A DNA stretch of 63,723 bases, the filler included, from Reclinomonas americana ATCC 50394 (lineage: Eukaryota): NCBI GenBank assembly GCA_048213135.1. It is 5 parts of 3 records of this genome, joined end to end, with 100 filler letters (N's around TTAATTAATTAA, not from the genome) between each part and the next. Parts side by side here need not be neighbours in the genome. Positions count along the whole stretch, not along the records: positions 1 to 18,273 come from PS015145.1; 4 more parts are not named here. One strand, given 5' to 3'. A program made the position numbers and the translations under genes. Below, one piece after another: positions 1-13,897 of this stretch. Below the pieces are notes generated by a model that saw only the letters and a list, made by a program, of their open reading frames with translations, was not told the origin of the DNA and did no database searches. Position 1 is the stretch's first letter. Every line of letters starts with the position of its first letter.

Positions 1-188
1 GGAGGAGGAGGAGGAGGAGGAGAGGCTCCTCCTCCTCCCAGTCGCCCACTCTTCCACAGATAAAACACAGCTGCTGCGGCTCCTCCTGCCGCGCCCACCA
101 GCGCCAAAACGCCCATCACAACACGCATGCTCCAGCCTCCTCCACTCTGTTGCACTTGACTACTGCTGCTCACATCCGACGATGACAT
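1..188 (-). CDS. 5' end of a gene with an N-terminal transmembrane anchor; runs off the window
   Basis: ATG at 188 reads MSSSDVSSSSQVQQSGGGWSMRVVMGVLALVGAAGGAAAAVFYLWKSGRLGGGGASPPPP: a hydrophobic helix followed by basic residues, open to the window edge. Confidence 0.5.
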   Translation of the reverse strand, partial: MSSSDVSSSSQVQQSGGGWSMRVVMGVLALVGAAGGAAAAVFYLWKSGRLGGGGASPPPPPP

Positions 189-621
189 TCTCTCTCACGT
201 GTCTACACAAAACACAAACACACACTCACTCACACTCACACGCATACACACACACGAATGTGTGCGTGCGGTGTGTATGTGTGTGTGAGAGAGAGTACAC
301 AGAGAGGTTTGTGTGTGATGTTTGGGCGACAAGTTCTCCCGCCGCGTGAGTGAGCTTTTTTTGAGTCCCACTCTTTATGTTTTCGCGCCTTTTGCGGAGA
401 TTTTCGTTTTGTTGGCTCTTTACACAAACAAGTCGCTGATTGTGTGAGGTATTTTATTGTTCGGCGTATGTGCGGAGGAGGAGCTGCGAGGAGAGCGTGT
501 GTGGGAAAGTGGGCTGCGGCGAGCGAGGGAGGAATGATACGTGTTGGAGAGGGTCGAGTTTGAGGATCTTTCTCTTTCTTTTTTTAGCGCAAAAACTGAT
601 TGGTTTGTTTCTTCCACATTT

Positions 622-2793
622 CTACTGGCGTTGTGTGGCCTGCAGTTGCGCCATCAGAGCTGCCAGGTCGGTCACTGGTGCTGCGGCAGCGGGTGCGGCA
701 GCGGCGGCCACGGTTTCCGACTCGGTCGGTCGGTATTGGAAGCGCAAACCGGAGGCGAGGCCGGCGGTCAGTGCCGCGTCGCTGCTCTTCACCGCCGGTG
801 CGCTCTCCTCTTCCACGCAAAAGCCGAACTCCTCAAAGAGAGCCTGCTCCTCGGCAGTGACCTTGGAGGGCTTGGCGGGCGCCGCGACGGCCGCCGCGGA
901 CGACGACGACGACGATCCCGACGCCGCCGCCTCCTCCGCCTTGCGTCTCTTGTAGTCCTCCTGACGGGCGCGGCATGACTTGCTGGAGCATGTCTCGGAC
1001 GGCCTGAGTACCATGGTCGGGAAGAAATCGCGCAGCGCATTGTAGCCAAGGTAGGCCGACACGGATCCGAAACCGAGCAGGTACCTGCGCACGCGTGGGA
1101 GTGAGTCAAAACGCAGTACTTTGTGTGCGAAAAACGGATCACACTCACTTGAGCGTATTCTGTGCCAGCAGACCGGCCGTGATGCCCATGGTGGTCGGCA
1201 GCGACGCTGCGCACACACCCTCACGCTTGATCTTGTGCTCGTCGCCGGCCTCGGCCACCACCAGCGGTGGGGCGCATTCGAAACACGCCGTGGCGCCGGG
1301 CACCAGCAACTGAATGTGGCCCGACACAGCATCCTCCGACACACCGCTCTCCATCCACGTCTGGTTGAGCTGATTGCAGGCCTGGTTGACGGCGAGTCGC
1401 GCATTGTAATTGTCGACGCACGACAGCACCAAGTCGAGCGGCTTGCCGTCCTTGCCGCCGGCACGCACAATCTCCACAAACTCGGCGAACGAGTCTACTG
1501 TGGTGATGTTTGCGTGGTGCGCAATAATGTCCACGTCGGGGTTGATGTCGTGCAGCGTGCGGCGCGCGGCCTCCACCTTGGACAGACCGGCCTGCTCCGG
1601 CCGGAAGAATAGTCGATTCATGTTGGCCATCTCCACCGTGTCGTAGTCCCACAGATGCAGGCGGCCTGTGGCGCGTGGCCCGCGGTAAGCGATGGGAGGG
1701 AGGGAGGGAGAGAGGAAAGGTGGAATTCTGCTTACCAATGCCACATCGGGTCAGCATTTCGGCGCACACCGAGCCGACGCCGCCGACGCCGACAATGCCG
1801 ACAGTGAATTTGCGAATGTCCTCGTAGTTCTCCACAATGCCCATGCGCTTGAGGGCCATGAGGCGGCTGAATTGGAAGGGGGGAAGAGAGGGGAAAGGAG
1901 GGGCATGAGAGGGGAAGGGAGGAACGGGGGGAAGGAGGCGGGAGGGCAGAGATGGGAACGAGAGGGGGAAAGGAGGAAAAGAAGTNNNNNNNNNNNNNNN
2001 NNNNNNNNNNNNNNNNNNNNNNNNNNNNNNNNNNNNNNNNNNNNNNNNNNNNNNNNNNNNNNNNNNNNNNNNNNNNNNNNNNNNNNNNNNNNNNNNNNNN
2101 NNNNNNNNNNNNNNNNNNNNNNNNNNNNNNNNNNNNNNNNNNNNNNNNNNNNNNNNNNNNNNNNNNNNNNNNNNNNNNNNNNNNNNNNNNNNNNNNNNNN
2201 NNNNNNNNNNNNNNNNNNNNNNNNNNNNNNNNNNNNNNNNNNNNNNNNNNNNNNNNNNNNNNNNNNNNNNNNNNNNNNNNNNNNNNNNNNNNNNNNNNNN
2301 NNNNNNNNNNNNNNNNNNNNNNNNNNNNNNNNNNNNNNNNNNNNNNNNNNNNNNNNNNNNNNNNNNNNNNNNNNNNNNNNNNNNNNNNNNNNNNNNNNNN
2401 NNNNNNNNNNNNNNNNNNNNNNNNNNNNNNNNNNNNNNNNNNNNNNNNNNNNNNNNNNNNNNNNNNNNNNNNNNNNNNNNNNNNNNNNNNNNNNNNNNNN
2501 NNNNNNNNNNNNNNNNNNNNNNNNNNNNNNNNNNNNNNNNNNNNNNNNNNNNNNNNNNNNNNNNNNNNNNNNNNNNNNNNNNNNNNNNNNNNNNNNNNNN
2601 NNNNNNNNNNNNNNNNNNNNNNNNNNNNNNNNNNNNNNNNNNNNNNNNNNNNNNNNNNNNNNNNNNNNNNNNNNNNNNNNNNNNNNNNNNNNNNNNNNNN
2701 NNNNNNNNNNNNNNNNNNNNNNNNNNNNNNNNNNNNNNNNNNNNNNNNNNNNNNNNNNNNNNNNNNNNTCCGTCGTCGTAGGACGACAACGAC

Positions 2794-2839
<46 letters not shown>

Positions 2840-3115
2840 TCATTCTCACTCTCTCTTTCTCACATTCGTTCTCTCACTTCTCCTCCCTTTCCTCTCCTCC
2901 TTCCACTCACCTATACGGATTCTCATCGACCACTTCCATGCTCATTTGCTCCACACGCTGTCGCCGAGGACCTACACACACACGCGCGTGAATGACTGCT
3001 CACATTCACACACACACACACATTCACACACACCTTGCACGCCCTCCAGCTCACGCACACGCGCCTCCAGCTCCGCCACTCGACGACGCAACACAGCAGA
3101 CTCCTCGTCAGCCAT
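622..3115 (-). CDS. UBA5: UFM1-activating E1 enzyme UBA5 (spliced, GT-AG introns, one spanning a gap)
   Basis: Spliced product contains [78 protein letters not shown] and [13 protein letters not shown]. All are hallmark UBA5 motifs. Confidence 0.95.
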
Positions 3116-3332
3116 TCTTACACACACACAAAAGAGAGAGAGTGTCCCGAGTTGCATGCAGGAGGACGCCATGTGACAACGTTGCTGTTTCATTCTTTCA
3201 CTCTCCTCCTTCTCCTTCCCTCTTCACACATAGAGAGAGAGACGCGGGCATGATATAATCACAGTGATCAGCGTCCCAACTCAAGCTGTCGCTGTCTGCA
3301 CTGCGCCTCGAGAACGTCGAGCTCGGCGCGCT

Positions 3333-4665
3333 TCAGAGCAATCGCCTAAGAGAGAGAGAGACACAACGTGAGATAACGCAGACAACAACAACAAGTAGAG
3401 AGAGATGCTGATAGAGGGAACGCACTCGGTCTAGCCGCGCCAGCTCATCGCGCTTGGCAGCAATGGAGCTGTCGATATCGGAGGAGCCGAATGCGGTCGG
3501 CTCGTCGGCACGTTTGGGTGGCGGTGGTGGCGGTGATGGGCGTGCCTTCTGTGACATGAGTATGGCGAGTTCAGTTGCACGTACACACGTGCAGAGGAAG
3601 AGGAGAGCGCGTGCGACGAACCGGGGGAGGTGGTGGCGGTGGCGGCGATGCAGCGACGGAGGGAGGAGGTGGTGGCGATCTCGCCGACGCTGCAGTGCAC
3701 AATGAGTGGCTTGCACGGTGGCGTGTGACTGACATAAGAGAGACGCACACAGCATGGGTGGCGGTGGGGGACCAGTGGGGGCGGCCAGTGGCGGCGGCTG
3801 CGGAACACGCGGCTTCTCGCGCGGCTTTGGTGCCTCCAGTCGCTCTTGAATGCCTGGTCGCTCAGAGACCACTGCCGTCTCCACTCGCCCGTAGTCGCCG
3901 CCGCCCTTGACCTGTCACTGCGCAGTCAGCAGCAGCAGCAGCAGGAGCACGACTGCACCACGTGGACGCAACTCGCACATGATCCATCGACCGCACCGCA
4001 TCCTCGCGCTTTGCTCGCACCGAGGCAATCACATCGTGGTAGTCCTTCTTTGGCTTCTCCTCCACTGGAGCAGCAGCCGCAGCAGCAGCGCCTGTGGGAT
4101 CCTCGGCAGCCGCTTTCTGCAAGCAGAGAGAAGGATGTGAGCAAAAGAGAGAGTGAGTGGAGGGAACAGGAGCAACGAAACCTCGCGTTTGGCCGCCAGC
4201 TGCTTGGCTGTGTCGCAAGAGAGGGGAGCAGCAGATAAAGTGAGCGTGTGCTTTCTCAAGGGTTCATAGAGTCTTTCTCTCTCTCTCTGCTCTCTCTCTC
4301 TCTCTCATTCCCTGAGGATCCTCTCAGACCTTCTGCTTCTACTATACCTCAGCTCCCAGCCTCTCTCTCTCTCTCTGAACAATCAGCGGAACAAATCAAT
4401 CACTCAATCACACACACACACACACATTCTCTCACACACACTCACACACACACTCACCAATATAGCTCGAGGCCTGCTGCGAAGCCATTCCAATAGCAAC
4501 TCCTTTCGCTCTTTGACACACCAATCAGACACTGACTGACTCTCACACACAGACACACACAGAGAGACGCAACACTTGACCAATAGAGGGACGAGTGATG
4601 GCAAGAGTGGTGGCAGTCACAATAGCTCCGGCAATCGCAAAGTCACGTGAGTTGGGCGCGCTCAT
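3333..4665 (-). CDS. Hypothetical proline-rich protein (multi-exon; 3' end uncertain)
   Basis: Phase-consistent chain MSAPNSRDFAIAGAIV...GQV|AKGVAIG...YI|AKQLAAKRE|KAAAEDP...MDHVR|VKGGGDYGRVETAVV...PPPP. No recognisable domain. Confidence 0.5.
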
Positions 4666-4747
4666 GCACCGACTTAGGTCGCCAGTCAGTCGATCCGAGC
4701 TCTCCTCTCAATCACAACGCTCACTGACTTCTGTGTGAGACAAAGCG

Positions 4748-6126
4748 ATGCCCTCTGTTCGTCTGCCCACATGTTGTCTCCTGCTCTCGCCTCTGGGAAA
4801 CCCGCTCGTGTGGTGGAGTGGCGTGTGTGAGCGCGCAGTGCTTGATGGAGACAACGATGAAGATGAAGATCAAGATGATGATGATGATGATGAAAGCAGC
4901 AGTGTTCAGGCAGCAGATGATGATGAAAGTGGTACGCGGTGCGAGTGGAATGTTCAGCACTTGGCGCAGCTGTTGGTCACGTTGCAGGATGTGTGCGCAC
5001 AGTTCAGTCGTCGTTATCGTTGTTGTCTTCTTTGTGCGTGCACGCTCTTATACGCACGCTGTGTGTGTCTATTCAGTCCTCTGTGTGCGGCGGTCACGTT
5101 GAACGGGTGGACGTTTACGATTTTCGATCATAAGAGTGTCATGACGGCGATTGGATCGCGTGTGCCTCCCGGGGCGGTGATGTTGCCTGCGGATGATAGA
5201 CTAGTTGAGTGGCGCTCTCTTTTGCCTCGCGCGTCTCTCCTTGCTGACGGATTTGTTGGTAGAGATGCATGCAGATAGGCAATGCGTTTTCGCGTGCGTT
5301 TCGTCGTGTGCTGGACGAGCACTTTGGGCAGGAGAAGGTAGCGAGTGGCGTGTGCATGCACGTGTGTGTGTGTGTTCATGTGTCGTCGCCTTGTGGGTTG
5401 ACTGCGAGCCGTGCGTGCAGGATGCGTGGGATATGTCGATGCGATCGTATACGAGTCGGACAGAGTTGTCGGCGAGGGAGGCTGGTGGCAGCATTCGCGC
5501 GTGGTCGCAGCACACGTTGCCGAATTTCGGTGCGTTTCGGCAGACGTATTTGCGTCATGTGCTGGGAGTGCGTGCGTATCCCGCCAAGTGGTTGTCACCG
5601 GTGTTGGAGGAGGACGCGGTAATTGGTGCTCGCGTGGTCGATTTGCGTGCCGATGCCGTGTCGGTGGCCGCCCTCTTCCGTTCGCAGGTTCGCATGGAAG
5701 AAACAAACAGCCTACTGTGTGTCCGCCCTTTGTGCTAACTGCGGTGTTCTGCTGCCAGTGCCGCCGTCGTCGCGCGTCGACAGCACTGGATCGCCGCCTG
5801 GAGAGTGTGTGTTCGCGCACCGACGGATCGCTGTGGAGCACGGTGATCAAGCACATGAACGAGATGGCGAATGTGTTTCAGGCCCCCGAGGTTCACCATC
5901 TTTCGATGCGCCACGCATGCATGCGCACCCTGCTGACGGTCTGCGTGTCGCACAGGGTGGTGGTGCTAGTGCAGCAGCAACAGCGGTGGCCGGACCAAAA
6001 GTGGGTGCTCTGCGATTAGCGGTGACCACTTCGGTGATCCTCACTGTGCTGATGCGCGTGGTGCGACTGACCTCGGCCGCCGGCTTGCTCGTGTTTGTGC
6101 TGGAGACCACGGTAGGCTATAAATGA
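4748..6126 (+). CDS. Hypothetical multi-exon protein with an acidic N-terminal tract
   Basis: Consecutive coding-like segments (DGDNDEDEDQDDDDDD; DAWDMSMRSYTSRTEL...; WSTVIKHMNEMANVF) separated by (GT)n-rich intron-like stretches. No family recognised. Confidence 0.45.
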
Positions 6127-6289
6127 TCGAACAGAACCACACTCCACGCATCTCACTTTGATTGCACTCTCAGTCTCCACCACCACCACCACCACCACCA
6201 CCACCATCATCGTATACGGGATTGGCAGGTGCGTGTGCGCGAGCGCATCTGTGTGTGTGTTTGCGTTCGTCTGATTCGTGTCAGCTGCA

Positions 6290-9166
6290 GAAATGCATAC
6301 GGCGCCCCAGTTCGTGACCAACCCGACTCACTTGTCGGCCTCGTTGATGGCGCGCATCGACGCTTGTGGTACGCCATCGACATTACACTCTCATCCTTTT
6401 TTAATCTTGCGTCGCGTCTCATTCGTCTCCCCACCTGCGCCAGGCAAGACCATCTCTCTTGCGTTTCCCAAACGCATCACTGCCGACCTCTTTGACGAGA
6501 TGCACTCGAAGCGCCCTCCAGCTCCCGCCGACACACTGCGTGTCAGCGTACCGCTGCTGCTGCCGCCACCACCACTTCCCGAACAGCCGCCTGTGCGACC
6601 GCCCAGTGCTGCACGTGCTGGCCGCTTCCGGCAATCGTCGAGCGGAGAGGTTTCCGCGGCTCCACCNNNNNNNNNNNNNNNNNNNNNNNNNNNNNNNNNN
6701 NNNNNNNNNNNNNNNNNNNNNNNNNNNNNNNNNNNNNNNNNNNNNNNNNNNNNNNNNNNNNNNNNNNNNNNNNNNNNNNNNNNNNNNNNNNNNNNNNNNN
6801 NNNNNNNNNNNNNNNNNNNNNNNNNNNNNNNNNNNNNNNNNNNNNNNNNNNNNNNNNNNNNNNNNNNNNNNNNNNNNNNNNNNNNNNNNNNNNNNNNNNN
6901 NNNNNNNNNNNNNNNNNNNNNNNNNNNNNNNNNNNNNNNNNNNNNNNNNNNNNNNNNNNNNNNNNNNNNNNNNNNNNNNNNNNNNNNNNNNNNNNNNNNN
7001 NNNNNNNNNNNNNNNNNNNNNNNNNNNNNNNNNNNNNNNNNNNNNNNNNNNNNNNNNNNNNNNNNNNNNNNNNNNNNNNNNNNNNNNNNNNNNNNNNNNN
7101 NNNNNNNNNNNNNNNNNNNNNNNNNNNNNNNNNNNNNNNNNNNNNNNNNNNNNNNNNNNNNNNNNNNNNNNNNNNNNNNNNNNNNNNNNNNNNNNNNNNN
7201 NNNNNNNNNNNNNNNNNNNNNNNNNNNNNNNNNNNNNNNNNNNNNNNNNNNNNNNNNNNNNNNNNNNNNNNNNNNNNNNNNNNNNNNNNNNNNNNNNNNN
7301 NNNNNNNNNNNNNNNNNNNNNNNNNNNNNNNNNNNNNNNNNNNNNNNNNNNNNNNNNNNNNNNNNNNNNNNNNNNNNNNNNNNNNNNNNNNNNNNNNNNN
7401 NNNNNNNNNNNNNNNNNNNNNNNNNNNNNNNNNNNNNNNNNNNNNNNNNNNNNNNNNNNNNNNNNNNNNNNNNNNNNNNNNNNNNNNNNNNNNNNNNNNN
7501 NNNNNNNNNNNNNNNNNNNNNNNNNNNNNNNNNNNNNNNNNNNNNNNNNNNNNNNNNNNNNNNNNNNNNNNNNNNNNNNNNNNNNNNNNNGGTGTGCGTG
7601 GCATGTGCATGTCCACCTGGTGGCTCGCCCCCGTCACCTCGCGCAGCCGCTCCGGTGACAGTAATGTCGACGGCACATCCGTATCGCTGTGTGTGCGCTG
7701 ATGCTTGCGCCGCCGTGGCCGACTGCCGTCAGCTGCGGCGCCGCCGCCGCCGCCGCCGCCGCCACCCTGCTTCACGCGCTGCTTGCTCAGCGGATCCAGC
7801 GGCGGCAACGCGCTCACCGGAATGCGCAACACTGCCGCGGTTGGTGGACCACTCGGCGGGAGAGGAGGAGGCGGAGGAGGAGGGGGCGGTGGTGGTGGTG
7901 GTGGTGGTGGTGGTGGTGGTNNNNNNNNNNNNNNNNNNNNNNNNNNNNNNNNNNNNNNNNNNNNNNNNNNNNNNNNNNNNNNNNNNNNNNNNNNNNNNNN
8001 NNNNNNNNNNNNNNNNNNNNNNNNNNNNNNNNNNNNNNNNNNNNNNNNNNNNNNNNNNNNNNNNNNNNNNNNNNNNNNNNNNNNNNNNNNNNNNNNNNNN
8101 NNNNNNNNNNNNNNNNNNNNNNNNNNNNNNNNNNNNNNNNNNNNNNNNNNNNNNNNNNNNNNNNNNNNNNNNNNNNNNNNNNNNNNNNNNNNNNNNNNNN
8201 NNNNNNNNNNNNNNNNNNNNNNNNNNNNNNNNNNNNNNNNNNNNNNNNNNNNNNNNNNNNNNNNNNNNNNNNNNNNNNNNNNNNNNNNNNNNNNNNNNNN
8301 NNNNNNNNNNNNNNNNNNNNNNNNNNNNNNNNNNNNNNNNNNNNNNNNNNNNNNNNNNNNNNNNNNNNNNNNNNNNNNNNNNNNNNNNNNNNNNNNNNNN
8401 NNNNNNNNNNNNNNNNNNNNNNNNNNNNNNNNNNNNNNNNNNNNNNNNNNNNNNNNNNTTCACCGCCACCCTTGACGCCGCCCGCGTCGGCGAGATTGCC
8501 GCCTCCGGAAATCACGGCCAGTCCGCAGACGCCAAAGAATGCGCGTGCGCTGAAGAATATGATGCTGTTGCGTGGCTCGGTGCACGAAGGAAGATGATGG
8601 GCGGCGCTGAAGTGTGTTTTCTCGATCGTAGAATGGAGGGCGCCGGCGCTGCGCATGTACTGGAGGGCAAGGCCACGTTTGTGGCAACACCACGTCGTCG
8701 CACGTCGTTTGATTATGCCAGTGATCGTGAGGTGCGTGCGTGGGCCACGTGGGGTATGTACGCTGGAGAGCAACAGGCTGATTTGCACGCGTGGTAGAGT
8801 GTCTTGTCGCTGCGGTTCATCGATGGTTTGTGTTTGGACGCCACACCGCGCGTCAAGGCCACCCCGCGTCGGTTTGTGTGTGTGTGTTTGCCTCGACGTC
8901 GTGTGTGTTTGTGTTGACGGCGTCGGGTTTGCGCAGACGACCATCATTCGAGGCCGTCACCAGGGACATTTTCGAAAACGTGCGCACCAAGATGGTACAC
9001 AGTGCAGTGCGCCTGTAGTGCAGCGATCACTCTGAGTCTCACTCGCCTCTCACAGAGTCCACGGTATCCGTCGCGGATGCCATCGCTGACGGCCAACGTG
9101 CCCTCGCCAAAGCTGCCGGCGCCCAAGTCGCCGCCACCAAGGGCACTCTTCGTGGGCGATGATTAA
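6290..9166 (+). CDS. Fragmentary hypothetical gene(s), proline-rich, broken by two gaps
   Basis: Coding-like pieces, including ...RRPSFEAVTRDIFENVRTKM and SPRYPSRMPSLTANVPSPKLPAPKSPPPRALFVGDD* ending at 9166. The structure cannot be resolved. Confidence 0.3.
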
Positions 9167-9990
9167 TGAGTGCGGGGAGGAAGGAGAAGGAGAGAAAAGA
9201 TGAAGAAACAGTTCGAGGAAGGCGGTTGTTCAAGTGACAACAACCACAATGACTGCGCTTGCAATGCAGCATCGGCCGCGACAGTAGAGTAAAAGTCGCC
9301 CCTGTCAGCCCAAAGCACACAAGGGCTTTTCAGATGCATTCCTCCTTCCGACGTCGTGTGACGGTCCTTGAGTCCTTCGTCCTTGGACGTTTCCGTCCCA
9401 CACCGACGGCCCCTCTCACGACGGANNNNNNNNNNNNNNNNNNNNNNNNNNNNNNNNNNNNNNNNNNNNNNNNNNNNNNNNNNNNNNNNNNNNNNNNNNN
9501 NNNNNNNNNNNNNNNNNNNNNNNNNNNNNNNNNNNNNNNNNNNNNNNNNNNNNNNNNNNNNNNNNNNNNNNNNNNNNNNNNNNNNNNNNNNNNNNNNNNN
9601 NNNNNNNNNNNNNNNNNNNNNNNNNNNNNNNNNNNNNNNNNNNNNNNNNNNNNNNNNNNNNNNNNNNNNNNNNNNNNNNNNNNNNNNNNNNNNNNNNNNN
9701 NNNNNNNNNNNNNNNNNNNNNNNNNNNNNNNNNNNNNNNNNNNNNNNNNNNNNNNNNNNNNNNNNNNNNNNNNNNNNNNNNNNNNNNNNNNNNNNNNNNN
9801 NNNNNNNNNNNNNNNNNNNNNNNNNNNNNNNNNNNNNNNNNNNNNNNNNNNNNNNNNNNNNNNNNNNNNNNNNNNNNNNNNNNNNNNNNNNNNNNNNNNN
9901 NNNNNNNNNNNNNNNNNNNNNNNNNNNNNNNNNNNNNNNNNNNNNNNNNNNNNNNNNNNNNNNNNNNNNNNNNNNNNNNNNNNNNNNNNC

Positions 9991-10645
9991 GCTCCCGCTG
10001 ACGATGTGCTGACCATCGGGGGTGACGGCGACACACACCAACACTCCGGTGTGTCCCTCCAACCGGCGCACTTCCTCGCCGCTGGCCAGCGACCACACCC
10101 GCAAAGTCCGGTCATAGCTCGCACTCACAGCATGCTGACCGTCGACAGTGACCGCGACAGACGCCACCCAGTCCGTGTGGCCTTCCATTCGTCGCACCTC
10201 CTCTCCACTCGCCAGTGACCACAGTCGCACAGTCATGTCCACGCACCCGCTGACGATGTGCTGACTGTCGGGAGTGACGGCGAGAGACCACACTGTTCCA
10301 GAGTGTCCGTCCAACCGTCGCCCCACGGCACCACTCGCCAGGGGCCATGATCGCACGCTGCCATCATCCCCGCCACTCACAACGTGCTGGCTGTCGGGAG
10401 TGACGGCAACGCAGAACACTATCCCCGAGTGCCCTTTGAATTGTTGCACTTGGCGTCCGCTCGCCAGTGACCACACGCGCACCGTCTTGTCCTCACTGCC
10501 ACTCACAATATGCTGGCCATCGGGGGTGACGGCAACACAAAACACCCGCCTCAAGTGGCCTTTGAAGATCTGTGCGTGCGCATGGTGGTGAGGAACAGGA
10601 GAGTCAAGCGAGCGCGCGTACGCACGCACGTACTCTTGCGGTCAT
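9991..10645 (-). CDS. WD40-repeat family gene, 5' part
   Basis: 12-nt first exon MTAR (10634-10645), intron 10570-10633, then 42-aa repeats (GH..V..VAVTPDGQHIVSGS.D.TVRVWSLASGEEV) running into a gap. Confidence 0.85.
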
Positions 10646-11109
10646 GGTGTTCNNNNNNNNNNNNNNNNNNNNNNNNNNNNNNNNNNNNNNNNNNNNNNNN
10701 NNNNNNNNNNNNNNNNNNNNNNNNNNNNNNNNNNNNNNNNNNNNNNNNNNNNNNNNNNNNNNNNNNNNNNNNNNNNNNNNNNNNNNNNNNNNNNNNNNNN
10801 NNNNNNNNNNNNNNNNNNNNNNNNNNNNNNNNNNNNNNNNNNNNNNNNNNNNNNNNNNNNNNNNNNNNNNNNNNNNNNNNNNNNNNNNNNNNNNNNNNNN
10901 NNNNNNNNNNNNNNNNNNNNNNNNNNNNNNNNNNNNNNNNNNNNNNNNNNNNNNNNNNNNNNNNNNNNNNNNNNNNNNNNNNNNNNNNNNNNNNNNNNNN
11001 NNNNNNNNNNNNNNNNNNNNNNNNNNNNNNNNNNNNNNNNNNNNNNNNNNNNNNNNNNNNNNNNNNNNNNNNNNNNNNNNNNNNNNNNNNNNNNNNNNNN
11101 NNNNNNNNN

Positions 11110-11561
11110 TGGACACTACAGTGAGAGTGTGGTCGCTGGCGAGCGGAGAGGAGGTGCGACGGCTGGAGGGCCTCTCTGCAGTGGTGAACGCTGTCGCCGT
11201 CACTTTCGATGGTCAGCGCTTTGTGAATGGGAGCGGAGACGGCACGGTGTGTGTGCGGTCACTGGAGGATGGAGAGGAGTTGCGACGGTTGGTGGGACAC
11301 TCGGGAGTGGTGAACTCCGTCGCCGTCTCTCCTGACGGTCAGTGGGTTGTGAGTGGGAGTGACGACAAGACTGTGCGGGTGTGGCCCACGTCGCGCGGGC
11401 TTGCCGTGCAAGAGCTTGCAGCCGCTCGTTCGGCCGTGCAGGCCATCGACGAGCTGTTCGGCGAGGAGGCTGACGGCGACTGGGTTCTCGTCGATGTCGT
11501 GTTGCGGTGCTTTGTGTTGGAGGATGCAGAGGTGCTTGCGCGCCGTGCGCTTCCGTGGTGA
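11110..11561 (+). CDS. WD40-repeat family gene, 3' part with the conserved tail; probably the same gene as 9991-10645 on a flipped contig
   Basis: Last repeats, then RGLAVQELAAARSAVQAIDEL...DWVLVDVVLRCFVLEDAEVLARRALPW*. Confidence 0.85.
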
Positions 11562-11779
11562 ACTGTGAATAAACAAGTGACTGACTGTAGGTCGTATCGG
11601 ATGTCAAATCTCCCAATGGTGTACTCGCAGACAGAAGGTGCGCCTGTCTAGTTGCAACCAGACACGAGCACAATCACAAGAAGTCACAGAACACAGCAGT
11701 TGCGGAGAGGAAGGGCGAGAGGAAGAACGGCGGGGACAAAGCAATGGTCACCGCCGTAGCTAGGTAAGCGACATGCATG

Positions 11780-12946
11780 TCACTTGGTGTCGTCGAGCTG
11801 GGCGAACAGATGCACCCGCTTCGCCTCAAGCTCACGCAGACGCTGTCGCACAAGAGCGAGGTCGGCCTCGTACGTCTCGTCGCGCTTTCCGCGCGCCAGT
11901 GTCGCCTCCTGCACAAGACGCTCGCTGATCTGGGCCTGAACGTCGTGGATGTGGGTGTGGAGTATTTCGCGCTCCACAGCAACAAGCATGTCAGTACGTC
12001 ACTTTAGTGCAGCGAGCATTGACCTGTACGTGGTTTTACAAACTATGATGAGCTTCTGCTCGCGCAGCTTGGCCAGTGCCTGCAACTCCTGCTCGCGCAG
12101 CTTGGCCTCGAGCTCCTGCAGGCGCAGCTTGGCCTCGAGCTCCTGTATGCGCAGCTTGGCCATCAACAGTTCCTGCACTTGACGTAGGGCGCACACAGCG
12201 ATCATCGACAATGAGTGCCTCCATATCACACAAAGAGTGCACATCAAGTCTCCCACTTACATGGTTGCGATCGCTCAGCTGTGCACATGCACAGAAAGGG
12301 TGGTGCGAGTCAGCAATGTATCCATCCATCAAATAACCACGCCAGCGCCACCGACTCACCATCTTGGTCAACTCCTGCCAGACGCACGCGTTGCAAAACT
12401 CCATATTCAAAAAAACGAAGGCACTGATACATGCAGGCGTGAGCTAAGCGCAACCTATCACTCACTTGCACACGGGCAGCATTGACCTTAGCCTTGGCCA
12501 GCTGCATCACACCCCAGGAAGAAAGTAAAGGCCAGTGAGAACACTCAACAATATCTCTGCATGTCATTCAGATGGGAACCTCCTCACACCCTGCATGCGA
12601 GCACCTCTCTCCCCCTCTGACGAGTGATAATAGAGCCATGGAAGTCATAGAAAAGTGTGAAAAAAGTGCTCTTATGGGGTCTACATAACGCACTCACACT
12701 AGAGTCAGTTCGTCGAGCAAGTCGCCGTCGCTTACCACGCTCCGACTCTCCAGCAGCTACGAGCGCACTCTCGTCGAAACGCACTCGCCGAACTGCAGTC
12801 ACGCACAGACAAACACAAGCGAGGTCGAGGTCGACGGCAACCATTGCTTTTGACTCCACTGCAGCTGCCTCATCAGTTGCAATTGCAGTCGAGTCGCCGC
12901 TATCTTCTGCTTCCAGCACTGCAATCTGCTTCTCGCTGTCACTCAT
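11780..12946 (-). CDS. Possible coiled-coil protein or degenerate gene with 27-bp tandem units
   Basis: AKLRIQELE/AKLRLQELE/AKLREQELQ units at about 12055-12178 and further heptad-like segments. The exon chain is not resolved. Confidence 0.35.
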
Positions 12947-13897
12947 GGCTCATCGGTCTTCTATATTCGAACGATGTCTGTTTAGTTGATTCGAATGCCT
13001 CGCGACTCCACCTCACGACAAATAGGAAAGAGAGGGAGAGAGGCCTTGGGAGAGAGAAACAAAGGACTCACTCGCCATCTCCTTCTTCCCTCCTCATGTT
13101 CACACATACCTCGGTGCACGATCCGAGTCTCATCCACAGTCGCCATCGGCACCATACCAACACTCAACAATCCACTTCCACTCTCCCCGTCGTCAGTCTC
13201 GCCGTCACAACCTTGCCGATTGCTTCGCACACTCTCCACCATCATCACCACTCGAACTCCCGATAATGACACATCATCATCACCACCACCGGCTCCACCA
13301 GCATCAGTCTTCTCGTCGCGCCCACCTCTCCTTCCGCCTTCTCCTCCTGCTCCTTCTCCACAACCCTCACCATCGCAAACACTGAAACGTGATGAATGGT
13401 GGCCACCTCTGCCGCCATTATACTCGCTACGAGGAGCAGCACACACGCCGACTGATGGCAACACGCGCTGAAGCAATGGATGCAGAATGCCCTCACAACA
13501 CACAGCAGAAACAACCAATGATCGCGCTCTCTCAGGCTGGATGTATGGAGGAAGTGATTTGAGAAGGACGGCGAGGACGGAAGTGATGTCACGGGGTGCG
13601 TCGTTGTTATAAGGCCTTGTGCAGCATAGTAGCTTATGGGGAGGAGCAACGCGTGCTTGGACGCCCTGACAAGGAAAATCAGCCGATCGCAGAAGCTTGT
13701 CATCACTGTTCACGCGTACGTACGTCGACGTCGATAAATACCGCGTACGACAGTGCGCGCTCTGTCGTGTAAGTGTGTGGTAGTCATCTTATTAAACAAC
13801 CGTGTTGACTCTACATGCGCTTCTGCCAATGGAAGGCACTCTTCACGTCGCTGTGTCCTGCTGCAGTGCATTTCGCATCGTAATCGTCGTGCAGAAG

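Noticed and set aside
3087-3092. GTTGCG hexamer in UBA5 exon 1 as another donor
   Set aside because: It lies inside a plausible coiled-coil coding stretch, and the downstream GTGTGT donor gives the correct phase. This shows the hexamer alone does not define a splice site.
12982-13713. 243-aa ORF as a gene or transposon remnant
   Set aside because: No recognisable domain, terminal repeats or consistent exon chain.
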